The notes beneath the pieces were generated by a model. That model saw nothing but the letters and a program-made list of their open reading frames with translations, searched no databases and was not told the DNA's origin. The translations under genes were made by a program, and so were the position numbers. From positions 2,752,001-2,816,000 of the forward strand of contig CAVTCS010000003.1 of NCBI GenBank assembly GCA_963733295.1: a DNA stretch of 64,000 nucleotides. Direction: 5' to 3'. Below, in pieces: positions 48,066-57,205 of this stretch (positions within the stretch are counted from its first letter, which is position 1; every line of letters starts with the position of its first letter). The DNA is from Vulcanimicrobiota bacterium (GTDB lineage: Bacteria > Vulcanimicrobiota > Vulcanimicrobiia > Vulcanimicrobiales > Vulcanimicrobiaceae).

Positions 48066-50765
48066 TTAGAAGCGAACCGTGAAGTTGAGGTCCTGACGGT
48101 TCTGAGCGAAGTTGTACGTCGAGACGTAATTGTCGTTGTAGCTCTGGTGACGGGCCACGAGCGAGATCGCAGAATTCGTCTTCGGGATGTTGTACTGCAG
48201 AGTACCCGAGTAGAAATCCTTGCGCTCGTTGATGTCCTGCGAGAGCGTCGTGCCGTACTCGCCGTAGTAGTGCTGCGTCGAGTAGTAGCCGATGAGAATC
48301 AGGTCGCGTGCGACCGGGATCGTGGCGCGAGCGTTGATGAAGTAGTGGGTCATGTTGACGTAGTTCGGATAGAACACCGTCGGACTCGCCCCACCGAAGG
48401 CCGCCTGCGCCGTGACGACCGACTGCGCGTCGAACGTCTGCGTCGTCGGATTGATCGGGAAGTACTGGAAGGCCGTCATGTCGGGTCGCTTGAGCGTATC
48501 GACGCCGCCCGAGATATTGAGCCCGACGCTCTGACCGTAGACCGGTACCGAAAATCCGATGCCGGCGGTGAAGACTTGGTACTTCATCACCTGGTTCGAT
48601 TGGTAGGCCGGCCCGTAGATCATCGATCCCTCGGAGTTCGGCCGCAGTTCCTGAAGGGCCTGATACTGCGCGTTCGTCGTGAAGTTCAGGTCGCCGAGGC
48701 GCACCGGAGTGTTCAAGCCGAACGTGAAGCCCTGCGTGTTGGGCGTGAAGGCCTGGAAGTACTGCGTGCCCGTTCCGACCAGCGGATTGAACAACGGATA
48801 CATGAACGTAAGGTTGGGGTTGACGCCGGTCTTCGGCGACGCGACCGGAGTCGTGCCGAAGGACGAGTCGAACTGGTTGTTGATCGTCTGGCTGTTGCCG
48901 AAGCCGTAGAAGCCCGGCAAGTAGTCGGCCTTCCAGAAGCTGAACAGCTGCGGTGCGTTTCCGAAGTACTGCGTCGGCGCGCCGTCGATGAAGTTCGGCC
49001 CGACGTTTTGGTACTGGAGGCTCAGCTGGATCTTTTGGATCTTCAGCTTCAAGCCGGCGATGCCGGCCGAGTCGCCGACCGCCGCCACGTTGTGATAGTC
49101 CGGGGTGAACTTGCTACCGGCGGCTTCACCGAAGATCACTGGCCCCGAGCCCGGCCCGCTGACCAGGAACGGAAGGGCATACTGACCGTCGACGCCGAGC
49201 ACCGTGTCGCTGACCAACCCGTAACCCGTGACCGCCGCCTGATTGACGAAGGTCAAATCGTTCGTCACCTGGGTGTCGTCGAAGTCGTAGATGCGGTTGA
49301 AGCTGACGCCGATTTCGAGTCCGGGCACGACCTTGAACTTCTGGTTCAAGCGGCCGTTGATCATGTAGCGCTGGTAGTTCGTGTTTTGCGAAACCGCTAT
49401 CGCGCGATACGTGATCGAGATGACCGAACCGGCCGGCAGCGGCGCGCCGAACACGATCGAGTTGTAGGCCTGGTTGTACGTGATGGCTGGAAGCGCCGCA
49501 CCGGCGCCACCGGTCACCTGACCGGCGGAATTGTAGGTCGTACCGTTATAGAACGAAACGTAGGCCGAACCGATCACGGCCGCCGAGGTCAGGTACACTT
49601 GCGAGAGCGTGCCCGAGCCGGCGTTGAACGTATCGGTCTTGAGCGCTCCCGCCGCGCCCGCGGCGGTGTAACCCGCTTGCGGTGCGACGATCGGGAAAAG
49701 ATAGGCCACGGCACCGCTGTTCAGGACGTTTGGATCGGTCGCGCCGGTTTGCGTGTTCAGCATCGTCTGGTCGAGGCGCGTGAACGAACCCCAAATCGCC
49801 ATCGAACCGAAGGCGCCTTCGTTGAACGTCGTCGAGAACGAAGCGCCCACCTGGGTCGGCTGAACGGGCTCTTCATACGGGACGCCCGCCGCGTCGCCGT
49901 ACGGCGCGCGGAAGGTCAAGCCGGTCCGTGAAGACGGCATGTTGTCGATCTGACCGAACTTCATGTCGAGGTTAGTCAACGCGCCGACCGAGGCGAGATT
50001 GATCTCGACCGCCGGCTCGAGGTCGATCTTTTGCGAAGTCGTGTCCTGGCTGCCGTACTCGTAGTTCAGGATGTGCACGGGCAACGAAATCGTGAGCTTG
50101 TCCGTGATCTGGTAGGCGAGCGCGAAGCGCGAATCTTGCCGGATGTAGAACCCCGAACCGTTCTGGGTCAGCGGGTTGTTCGAATCGTCCGTCGAGATGA
50201 ACGCGTTGACGAACGGGTCGATCGTCGTGTTGTGCCCGTTGGCCGCGGTGGCACCGTAGTAGGTGGTGACGCTGGAACCGGTCTCGTTGAAGATCGACTC
50301 GGGGTTCTGGTAGCGTTCCCGCCACGAGACGTTCGGCAAGAGAACGCCGTGCATCGAGAGCGACTGCGCGAACTTGGTGCGCTTGTCGAGCGCGTCGAGC
50401 GCGTCCTCGAGGTTGGTCACGCGGACGCCCAGCGCATCAAGCTCGTCCTTGAGGGCGTCGATCAGCTTCTGAAGCTTGTCGAGATCCTCTTTGGAGGGCC
50501 CCTTGTATTGATTTTCTTGCAACTTCGCGACGACGCGCGCGACGATGACCGCCATCTCGTAACGAGTCAGCGGGCGGTCCCCTTTGAATTTTCCGTCAGG
50601 ATAGCCGTCGATGAGACCATCGGCAGCCAAGCTCTGGATGTACTGATAGGCCCAATGATTGGCCGGTACGTCCGAGAACGGCGTCGCCAAGGCGGCCTGA
50701 TTCGTTGCGCACAGCACGCCGAGCGCGAGGCTCGACGCTAGAAGCAGGCGTGCGAGACGCTTCAT
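48066..50765 (-). CDS. SLH-domain outer-membrane beta-barrel protein (OmpM/Mep45-like)
   Basis: Signal peptide; SLH FSDVPANHWAY...GYPDGKFKGDRPLTRYEMA; coiled coil DELDALGVRV; beta-rich body; terminal Phe. Confidence 0.88.
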   Translation of the reverse strand: MKRLARLLLASSLALGVLCATNQAALATPFSDVPANHWAYQYIQSLAADGLIDGYPDGKFKGDRPLTRYEMAVIVARVVAKLQENQYKGPSKEDLDKLQKLIDALKDELDALGVRVTNLEDALDALDKRTKFAQSLSMHGVLLPNVSWRERYQNPESIFNETGSSVTTYYGATAANGHNTTIDPFVNAFISTDDSNNPLTQNGSGFYIRQDSRFALAYQITDKLTISLPVHILNYEYGSQDTTSQKIDLEPAVEINLASVGALTNLDMKFGQIDNMPSSRTGLTFRAPYGDAAGVPYEEPVQPTQVGASFSTTFNEGAFGSMAIWGSFTRLDQTMLNTQTGATDPNVLNSGAVAYLFPIVAPQAGYTAAGAAGALKTDTFNAGSGTLSQVYLTSAAVIGSAYVSFYNGTTYNSAGQVTGGAGAALPAITYNQAYNSIVFGAPLPAGSVISITYRAIAVSQNTNYQRYMINGRLNQKFKVVPGLEIGVSFNRIYDFDDTQVTNDLTFVNQAAVTGYGLVSDTVLGVDGQYALPFLVSGPGSGPVIFGEAAGSKFTPDYHNVAAVGDSAGIAGLKLKIQKIQLSLQYQNVGPNFIDGAPTQYFGNAPQLFSFWKADYLPGFYGFGNSQTINNQFDSSFGTTPVASPKTGVNPNLTFMYPLFNPLVGTGTQYFQAFTPNTQGFTFGLNTPVRLGDLNFTTNAQYQALQELRPNSEGSMIYGPAYQSNQVMKYQVFTAGIGFSVPVYGQSVGLNISGGVDTLKRPDMTAFQYFPINPTTQTFDAQSVVTAQAAFGGASPTVFYPNYVNMTHYFINARATIPVARDLILIGYYSTQHYYGEYGTTLSQDINERKDFYSGTLQYNIPKTNSAISLVARHQSYNDNYVSTYNFAQNRQDLNFTVRF

Positions 50766-50781
50766 ATGTCCTCCAGAAGAT

Positions 50782-50903
50782 CTGCGGTGCTAGCGTCCGC
50801 ATCGTCGGGCGTACTTCGCGCGGGGGTGGTGAGAGTTGCCGAGTTTGCCTTCACCGCCGTACCGAGCTCCTGTGGCATTTGGTCAGACACAGAAAGTACG
50901 CCC
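50782..50903 (-). promoter_or_regulatory. Structured 5' leader of the SLH-OMP gene
   Basis: Perfect 10-bp inverted repeat GGGCGTACTT (50807-50816) / AAGTACGCCC (50894-50903) enclosing two short stems; further hairpin next to GGAGG SD. Confidence 0.45.
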
Positions 50904-50947
50904 TCGTTTGGAGCGCATGCCGAGGTTCGTTTACGACCGTATCGCAG

Positions 50948-51421
50948 CTACTCCTGCCCCTCGCCAGCCCGAGCGGAGAGGCCGGGGGCGCCCTTTTGCG
51001 CCTCCGGCGGCTCGGCGTTTTCGCGCTGGATGAAGCGCTCGGCAATCAGAAGAGCGGCAAAGTCGTCGATGGGTCGGGGCGGCAGCAGCATGCCCCGCGG
51101 AACGAGGCGGCGCCAACCCCGCGGAGGGTTCGCCGCGAAGTAGCGCTGGCGCGCCAGCAAGGTGGTTTCGCGCTCGTCGACGGCCCGGACGGGCAAGCGT
51201 AGGCCGGCCAGCAGCGCGGCGACCGGCGCGGTGTTCGTTCCGGCTCCGAGCGCGACCGCGCGCAGGGCGAAGCGCTCGGCGAGCACCCGCACGCGCTCGA
51301 CCAGTTCCGGGGTCGGGACGATTCCGAGTTCGAGCGGCTCGGCGCCGGAGGCGAGCAACACCGCGTACCCGCACTTGCGCGTGCCCGGGTCGATTCCGAG
51401 GACGGCGCCGCTCGAACTCAT
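50948..51421 (-). CDS. YqgF/RuvX-like RNase H-fold nuclease
   Basis: LGIDPGTRKCG, VDERETT, IDDFAA. Confidence 0.8.
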   Translation of the reverse strand: MSSSGAVLGIDPGTRKCGYAVLLASGAEPLELGIVPTPELVERVRVLAERFALRAVALGAGTNTAPVAALLAGLRLPVRAVDERETTLLARQRYFAANPPRGWRRLVPRGMLLPPRPIDDFAALLIAERFIQRENAEPPEAQKGAPGLSARAGEGQE

Positions 51422-52362
51422 TTGGGCGAGCGGCGCAGGTCGAAGACGACCGGGATGCCGCCGGAGTGAGGATAGACGTCGCTCGCGGCGGCCGCCACGA
51501 TGTAGAAACGGCCCTGGCCCGCCTTGATGCGCCGGATCGTTTCGTCGATTTGCGCCTGCGTGATCTGCGGGAACACCGCCTGCGCGAACGGCCAGGGCAT
51601 GCCTTGTCCGATGGCCGTGTCGCTAACTGCAGAAATCAACTGGGCGTACGCGAGCCGGGGCACGACACTCGTTCCGCCGTCGACCTGCACGCTCGCGATC
51701 GGCTGGCCCGCGTGGAAGATCAGCTGGTCGGCATATGCCTCGAACGTAAAGTGGATCGGGTCGTTTGCGAACAGGTTTTGGTCGGCGGCCGCCAGCAGCA
51801 AAACGGGACCGCGCAAGAGGAAGCCTTGCACCTTTTGATCGGCCAGCACCGCTTCGAGCTTGGCCGCCGTCGTCGGATCGCTGGCTTTGCTCTTGTAAGC
51901 CTTGAGCGGCGGAACGTAGAGCCGGTTCAGCGAGGCGACGACCGTGTCGAAGAACGAGCTCAGCGCACGCATCCGGTCGGCTTGCGACATCGAGGGCCGT
52001 ACGACGAGATACCGGTTGTCGAGGAGCGCGCCGCGGTTGATGACGACGTTCGTTTCGTGGACGCGTTTGTCGAGCGCGTCGGCTTGCGCTTGCAGCTCGT
52101 TGACCCGATTGTTGATCTCGTCCAGGTGGAAAAACGCGGCGCGCGCGTACTGCGAGGTCAACAGCACCGTCACGGTGGCCGCCAGTGCGATCGCCATGCC
52201 CGTCCCCACCGCGACGATCGTGGACGTGTACTTCGGGCGCAGACCGAAGAGCGTCATGCGCTTGCGCCCGACCTGATGACCGACGCGATCGCCGATGTAC
52301 GCGATCACGCCCGCCAGTACCGCGATGCCGAAGATGAGCCCGAGGCCGCCGAGAGTCCCCAT
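51418..52362 (-). CDS. DUF3084-family protein
   Basis: GVIAYIGDRVGHQVGRKRMTLFGLRPKYTS N-terminal signature. Confidence 0.85.
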   Translation of the reverse strand: MGTLGGLGLIFGIAVLAGVIAYIGDRVGHQVGRKRMTLFGLRPKYTSTIVAVGTGMAIALAATVTVLLTSQYARAAFFHLDEINNRVNELQAQADALDKRVHETNVVINRGALLDNRYLVVRPSMSQADRMRALSSFFDTVVASLNRLYVPPLKAYKSKASDPTTAAKLEAVLADQKVQGFLLRGPVLLLAAADQNLFANDPIHFTFEAYADQLIFHAGQPIASVQVDGGTSVVPRLAYAQLISAVSDTAIGQGMPWPFAQAVFPQITQAQIDETIRRIKAGQGRFYIVAAAASDVYPHSGGIPVVFDLRRSPK

Positions 52363-52365
52363 CGG

Positions 52366-53514
52366 TCAGAACCGCGCGACGCGGCGCAACAAGACCGCAC
52401 CGATCGCGACGAAGATGACGTTGGGCGCCCACGCGCCGAGCGCCGAGACGAAGTAACCGCCCGGCACGCTTCGCACGATCGCGAGACAGAGCGATTCGAT
52501 CACGAAGTACATGAAGACGATCGCGACGGCCAAGCTGAAGCCGCGGCCCGTCCCGCTGCCTTGCGCGGGACGCAGCCCGAACGGCGCCGCCAACAGCACG
52601 AAGACGAAGGACGCGAACGGCCGCGCGAGCTTCTCCTCGAAGGTCGTCTCGAACTGGCGCGTCTGTTGCTGCGAGAGCTGGCCCGAGCCGGCGACCTCGC
52701 GAATTTGCGAAAGGCTCATACTGTCGGGGTCGTCGTCCTTGGTGCGCCCTTCGATTTGGCTGGGCCTTTCTCCGATCTCGACCTGCATCTCGGGATGCTG
52801 CAGGATCAACGTCGAGCCGTCCGGGTTGAAGCGATACTCCGTCGAGTTCGTAAACGTCCACGTTCCGCGGTCGTACTGTCCGCGATCGCTGAAGATGATG
52901 AACACCGGACGCTTGTCGGTGCCGTAGCCGATGATCGTCGTGTACAGCAGACTGCGAGTCGTGTCGTCGTAACCGCGAAAATAGGTCATTTGCTGACCGC
53001 CGTTCGGTAACGGCGTCAACACCGCGTGGTTCGAGCCGCCGAAGAAGCCGACGCGCTGGATCGTTTCGTCGCGCAGCGCGATCGCGCGGTCGTTGGCGAA
53101 CGCGACGACCGTCTCTTGAAGGAAAAGCGAGAGCAACGAGACGGCGAAGCCGACGACCAGGAGCGGCGCGACGATGCGCGTCAACCCGATGCCGCCCGCC
53201 TTCATCGCGCTGATCTCGCTTTCGCTCGAGAGCCTTTGCAGCGCCAGCAGCGTCGCGAGCAGCATCGCCATCGGCACGACCGTCACGGCGATTTGCGGCA
53301 GCTGCCAGAGAAAGAACTCGAGCGCGGCGAGCAGCGGAGCGTGCTGGTCGGCGACGAGTCTTCCGATCGCCAAGATGTCGGTCGCCGCGAAGATCAGCGC
53401 GAAGGCCGAAATGCCGAACGCGAACGGTCCGCCGAGTTCGCTCACCATGTAGCGGTCGAGGATCGCGATACCGGCCGCGGGGCCGCGCCGTGACGGCGCG
53501 CCCGGCAGGCTCAT
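52366..53514 (-). CDS. LPS export permease LptF/LptG family
   Basis: ILDRYMVSE, PMAMLLATL, SEISAMKAGG, AWAPN. Confidence 0.9.
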   Translation of the reverse strand: MSLPGAPSRRGPAAGIAILDRYMVSELGGPFAFGISAFALIFAATDILAIGRLVADQHAPLLAALEFFLWQLPQIAVTVVPMAMLLATLLALQRLSSESEISAMKAGGIGLTRIVAPLLVVGFAVSLLSLFLQETVVAFANDRAIALRDETIQRVGFFGGSNHAVLTPLPNGGQQMTYFRGYDDTTRSLLYTTIIGYGTDKRPVFIIFSDRGQYDRGTWTFTNSTEYRFNPDGSTLILQHPEMQVEIGERPSQIEGRTKDDDPDSMSLSQIREVAGSGQLSQQQTRQFETTFEEKLARPFASFVFVLLAAPFGLRPAQGSGTGRGFSLAVAIVFMYFVIESLCLAIVRSVPGGYFVSALGAWAPNVIFVAIGAVLLRRVARF

Positions 53515-54263
53515 AGCCGAAAACCTTCGCCGAGGTAGAACTGTCGCGCCGCGGGCGAACTCAAGACTTCTTGCGCGCTGCCCGAGACGACGATCTGTCC
53601 GTCGCTCAAGATGTAGGCGCGGTCGACGATCGCGAGCGTTTCGCGAACCTGGTGATCGGTGATCAAGACGCCGATGCCGCGCTCGCGCAGCTGACGGATC
53701 ATCAACTGTATGTCGGCGACCGCGATGGGGTCGATGCCGGTGAAGGGTTCGTCGAGCAGCAGAAAGGCCGGATCGGTCGCGATCGCTCGCGCGATCTCGA
53801 CGCGGCGCCGCTCGCCGCCCGAGAGCGAATCGCCGCGCGCGTCGACGAAGCGCGAGAGCCCGAATTCCTCGAGCAGGTCGGGCAGGCGGCGCTCTTGTTC
53901 TTCGCGCGAGATGCCGTTCATCTCCCAGATGAGCCGGATATTGTCGCCGACCGAAAGCTTGCGGAAGATCGAGTTCTCTTGCGCGAGGTAACCGATGCCG
54001 GCGCGCGCGCGCTGATACATCGGGGCCGAGGTGACGTCGAGCGCGACGCCGTCGCGCACCAGCGAGACGCTGCCGCCGTCGGGCTTGACGAGGCCGACGA
54101 CCATGTAGAACGTCGTCGTCTTGCCCGCGCCGTTAGGTCCGAGCAAGCCGACGACCTCGCCCGTCTCGACGACCGCGCTCACCGAGTCGACGACGGCGCG
54201 CGAGCCGTAGCGCTTGACGAGTTGCGAAAGCTCGATGCGGTTGAGGCCGCCCGCTTGCGTCAC
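53511..54263 (-). CDS. lptB: LPS export ABC ATPase LptB
   Basis: GPNGAGKTTTFYM, LSGGERRRVEIAR, LLDEPF.GIDP, LITDH.VRETL. Confidence 0.95.
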   Translation of the reverse strand: MTQAGGLNRIELSQLVKRYGSRAVVDSVSAVVETGEVVGLLGPNGAGKTTTFYMVVGLVKPDGGSVSLVRDGVALDVTSAPMYQRARAGIGYLAQENSIFRKLSVGDNIRLIWEMNGISREEQERRLPDLLEEFGLSRFVDARGDSLSGGERRRVEIARAIATDPAFLLLDEPFTGIDPIAVADIQLMIRQLRERGIGVLITDHQVRETLAIVDRAYILSDGQIVVSGSAQEVLSSPAARQFYLGEGFRL

Positions 54264-54832
54264 GGCTGCCCCGCTGCGCCCGTCATCACGAGCTTCGAAA
54301 GCCGCACGTCCGCATCGAGCCGCTGGCCGCGCAACTGCTCGCCCAGAGGCGAGGTCAGCACGACGTGGCCTTCACCCAAAAGGCGTCCGGTCGCGTCGTT
54401 GTAGTGCAAGGTATCGCAGGTCAATGTTTTTCCGTCCGAGGTGCGCGCGCGCACGCCGCCGGTCATGACGACCGTCTTGTCGCGCTCGAAGACCGTTCCC
54501 GCCGGCGCATCGGCCGTCAGCGTACGTCCGGGCGCGTCGTAGAAGATCACGTGCGGGTTCGTGAAGTCGCTGCGTCCGGTATTCTCACCGAAATACTCCG
54601 CGCGCTGCTCGTCGGCCCGCAACACGTAGACTCGGCGGCTCCCTTTTTGCTCGGTGACGTAGATGTACTGCGAGCCGACGCGGCGGGAGTGGAGGTCCAG
54701 CGGCGTTGCCGGCGCTCCCGGCGGGAGTGAAGGGCTGGGGCTGCCCTGCGGCGCGCTCGGCGCGGGCGGCCGGCCGCATGCCGCCAGAGCGACGAGCGCG
54801 ACGAGGCTCGCCCGGCGCGCGAGCAGTCTCAC
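54260..54832 (-). CDS. lptC: LPS export protein LptC-like (lipoprotein)
   Basis: Lipobox LAAC; beta-jellyroll pattern LTADAPAG, LTCDTLHYN, GHVVL; upstream of lptB. Confidence 0.75.
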   Translation of the reverse strand: MRLLARRASLVALVALAACGRPPAPSAPQGSPSPSLPPGAPATPLDLHSRRVGSQYIYVTEQKGSRRVYVLRADEQRAEYFGENTGRSDFTNPHVIFYDAPGRTLTADAPAGTVFERDKTVVMTGGVRARTSDGKTLTCDTLHYNDATGRLLGEGHVVLTSPLGEQLRGQRLDADVRLSKLVMTGAAGQP

Positions 54833-56064
54833 GCTTCGCCCAGGCCGTCACGCGCGGCCGCCAAGCCGAGCGCGGTGAACGGGATCCAGACGAAGGTCAT
54901 CGCGACGACGCCGATCGTATCGAACGCGCCTTGAACGAGCACCGCCACGAAGCCCGCGCACACGCCGAGTGCGAAACGGCGCGCCGCCGGCGTCGCCGAG
55001 ACCAGCTCGCGCCGCACCGCGCGCGCATACCAATACCAGCCGAGCAGCGCCGCGAGCACTCCGCTTAGCCCCGTCTCGGCGGCCAGAGAGATGTAGAGAT
55101 CGTGCGGGTGAAGCGCCCCGAACGAGCCCGGCGGATCGCCGTTGGGAGCGCGCACCGCCGGGTACACCCGCCAGTACGCCATCGGGCCGGCTCCGGTCAG
55201 CGGAAATAATTCCGTCACCCGAACTCCGGCGCTCCAGGTGCGCAGCCGGCTCGTCGCTTCGGCCGGATTGTGGTGCCCGGTAACCGGACTGATTGCAAAG
55301 AGCGCCATTCCCAAGATGCCCGCTGCCAGAATGCCGAGCGCCACGCGGCGCGCGCCCAACGCATAACTAAAGAAGAGCCCGGCCACAACGACCCCGAGCC
55401 AGCCCGCCGCCGAAAACGTCAAAGCCAGCGCCGCCCCGCCGGCGGCGAGTGCGGCCCAAGCCAACCTTCGAAGGAAGGGGCTGCGGGTGGCAAGCGCCGT
55501 CCCGAGCGAGATGCAGACGAACATGATCAGAAAGGCCGCGAACTGGTTGGCCGTGACGAAAAAGCCGGCTGCCCGGCCATGATTGAGCACCCAGAGCGGT
55601 AACGGACGGCGCAGCACGAGCATTGCGATGCCGGCGAGCGAGGCCCCGAGGCCGCTCCAGAGGTAGACCCGCAGGAGCAGCGCGGCTACCGGCGGCCGCG
55701 CATAATAGCGCACGAGGGCCAAGTGGAAGGCGGCACCGAGCAGCATCGTCGCCACGACCTCGAAACCGGAGAGCGGGTCGAGACCCAAGAGCGCGCTGAG
55801 CGCGCAAGCGCCGATCCAGACGGCGAGAATTCCGCGCGACGGCGATGCCGGCGGACCGGCCGCGAACAAGCTCGCCGCCGCGATCAGCGCGCAGAGCACC
55901 AGCAGTGCGATCAAGAGACCGGCCGAGAGCGGCGAGGTAAAAAGGTAGCCGACCGGCGGCGTCGGTGAAAGCGGTGCGAGCGACGTATAAAACTGAACGA
56001 TCGCGAAGAACGCAGCCAGCGCGACCGCCAGCAACGAAACGGGAACCAAACCGGCGCGCGTCAC
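54829..56064 (-). CDS. O-antigen ligase/IctB-like membrane protein
   Basis: RAAGFF..ANQFAAFL, SR..TW, PLTGAG, HPHDLY..LAAETG. Confidence 0.85.
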   Translation of the reverse strand: MTRAGLVPVSLLAVALAAFFAIVQFYTSLAPLSPTPPVGYLFTSPLSAGLLIALLVLCALIAAASLFAAGPPASPSRGILAVWIGACALSALLGLDPLSGFEVVATMLLGAAFHLALVRYYARPPVAALLLRVYLWSGLGASLAGIAMLVLRRPLPLWVLNHGRAAGFFVTANQFAAFLIMFVCISLGTALATRSPFLRRLAWAALAAGGAALALTFSAAGWLGVVVAGLFFSYALGARRVALGILAAGILGMALFAISPVTGHHNPAEATSRLRTWSAGVRVTELFPLTGAGPMAYWRVYPAVRAPNGDPPGSFGALHPHDLYISLAAETGLSGVLAALLGWYWYARAVRRELVSATPAARRFALGVCAGFVAVLVQGAFDTIGVVAMTFVWIPFTALGLAAARDGLGEA

Positions 56065-57203
56065 GCCGCCAAGTCGAGAATCGCCCGCGCGATCGCGCGC
56101 GAACCGCCGGGCGGCCCCATGCGCCGGCGTCCCGCTGCGCTCATCACCGCGAGCCGGCCCGGATCGTCGAGCAAGGCGTCGATCTGCGCGGCGGCGGCGA
56201 CCGGATCGGCGGGCACGAGCAGCAACGCCTCGCCCAGTAGGCGGCGCTGCCGCATGCGATACCAACCGCGCGAGTCGTTCCGGCCCTCCCCGCGCAGAGC
56301 GACGATCGGAACGCCGGCCGCGGCGGCTTCTTCGTTCGCAGTTCCGGCTTGACCGATGGCGAGCCGCGAGCCGCGCAAAAGCGGTCCGAGCGGCCCGCGC
56401 CAAGCCACGATCGTGCTTCGTCCGGCCCGCGCGCGCAGTGCGCCGCCCTCCGCCGAGGACAGTTCCCAACCGTCACCGGCAAGGCTCCGTGCGAAGCGCG
56501 CCGGATCGAGAACCGGCGCGATCGAGAGCAGCGCGGCAACCTCCGACGAGCGCCGTTCTCCCAGCGCGCGCACGAGACGAGCCAAACGCAAACCGTCGGC
56601 GTAGGCGGGTTCGCGGCTTCCGGGCAAGAGGGCGATCCACTCTCCCGCGGGCGGCTCAGCGCCGCCGTCGAGCAAATCGACGATCACGTTGCCGGGCGCT
56701 TCGGCTGCGACTCCGTGGCGCAGTAAGTCGGCGGCGGTCGCGAGGTCGCGGACGAAAACGCGTGCCGCGCGCCGCAAGACCACGCGCTCGCCGGCGCCGT
56801 ACGGCGCAACGTACACGCTCTTCGCGGTTCCGACGAACACCGGTGCGCGGCCCGCGAGCAGCGTCAAGCCGAGACCGTAGACGTCGCCGACCGCGATCGT
56901 ACCGTCGTAACGCGAACCTTCGCGCCGCAAGAACGCCGTCTGCTCGGCGAAGAGGCGCACGAAGCCCGCCCTCAAGTCGCTCGCGAACGCCCGCACGTTG
57001 CCCATCGCGATGAGTCCTCCGCTCGGCAGCGTGCGCCGCGGACCGACGGCGGCCAGGCGGCCGCCGGATTCGGCACCCACGCCGACGAGCGGAAAGTGAT
57101 CGAGTCCGACCACATCGCCGGCGAGTTCGCCGACGTCTTCCGCCAAGCGCGCTGCGACGGCAGCTTCACCGTGACCGTTGGTCACGAACAAAAAGCGCCG
57201 CAT
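56061..57203 (-). CDS. Lipid-A-disaccharide synthase-related glycosyltransferase (TIGR03492-like)
   Basis: TNGHGE, LPSGG, AVGD, VGTAKS, GNVIVD, LLPGSR, AGTANE, RQRRLLG. Confidence 0.8.
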   Translation of the reverse strand: MRRFLFVTNGHGEAAVAARLAEDVGELAGDVVGLDHFPLVGVGAESGGRLAAVGPRRTLPSGGLIAMGNVRAFASDLRAGFVRLFAEQTAFLRREGSRYDGTIAVGDVYGLGLTLLAGRAPVFVGTAKSVYVAPYGAGERVVLRRAARVFVRDLATAADLLRHGVAAEAPGNVIVDLLDGGAEPPAGEWIALLPGSREPAYADGLRLARLVRALGERRSSEVAALLSIAPVLDPARFARSLAGDGWELSSAEGGALRARAGRSTIVAWRGPLGPLLRGSRLAIGQAGTANEEAAAAGVPIVALRGEGRNDSRGWYRMRQRRLLGEALLLVPADPVAAAAQIDALLDDPGRLAVMSAAGRRRMGPPGGSRAIARAILDLAA

Positions 57204-57205
57204 GG

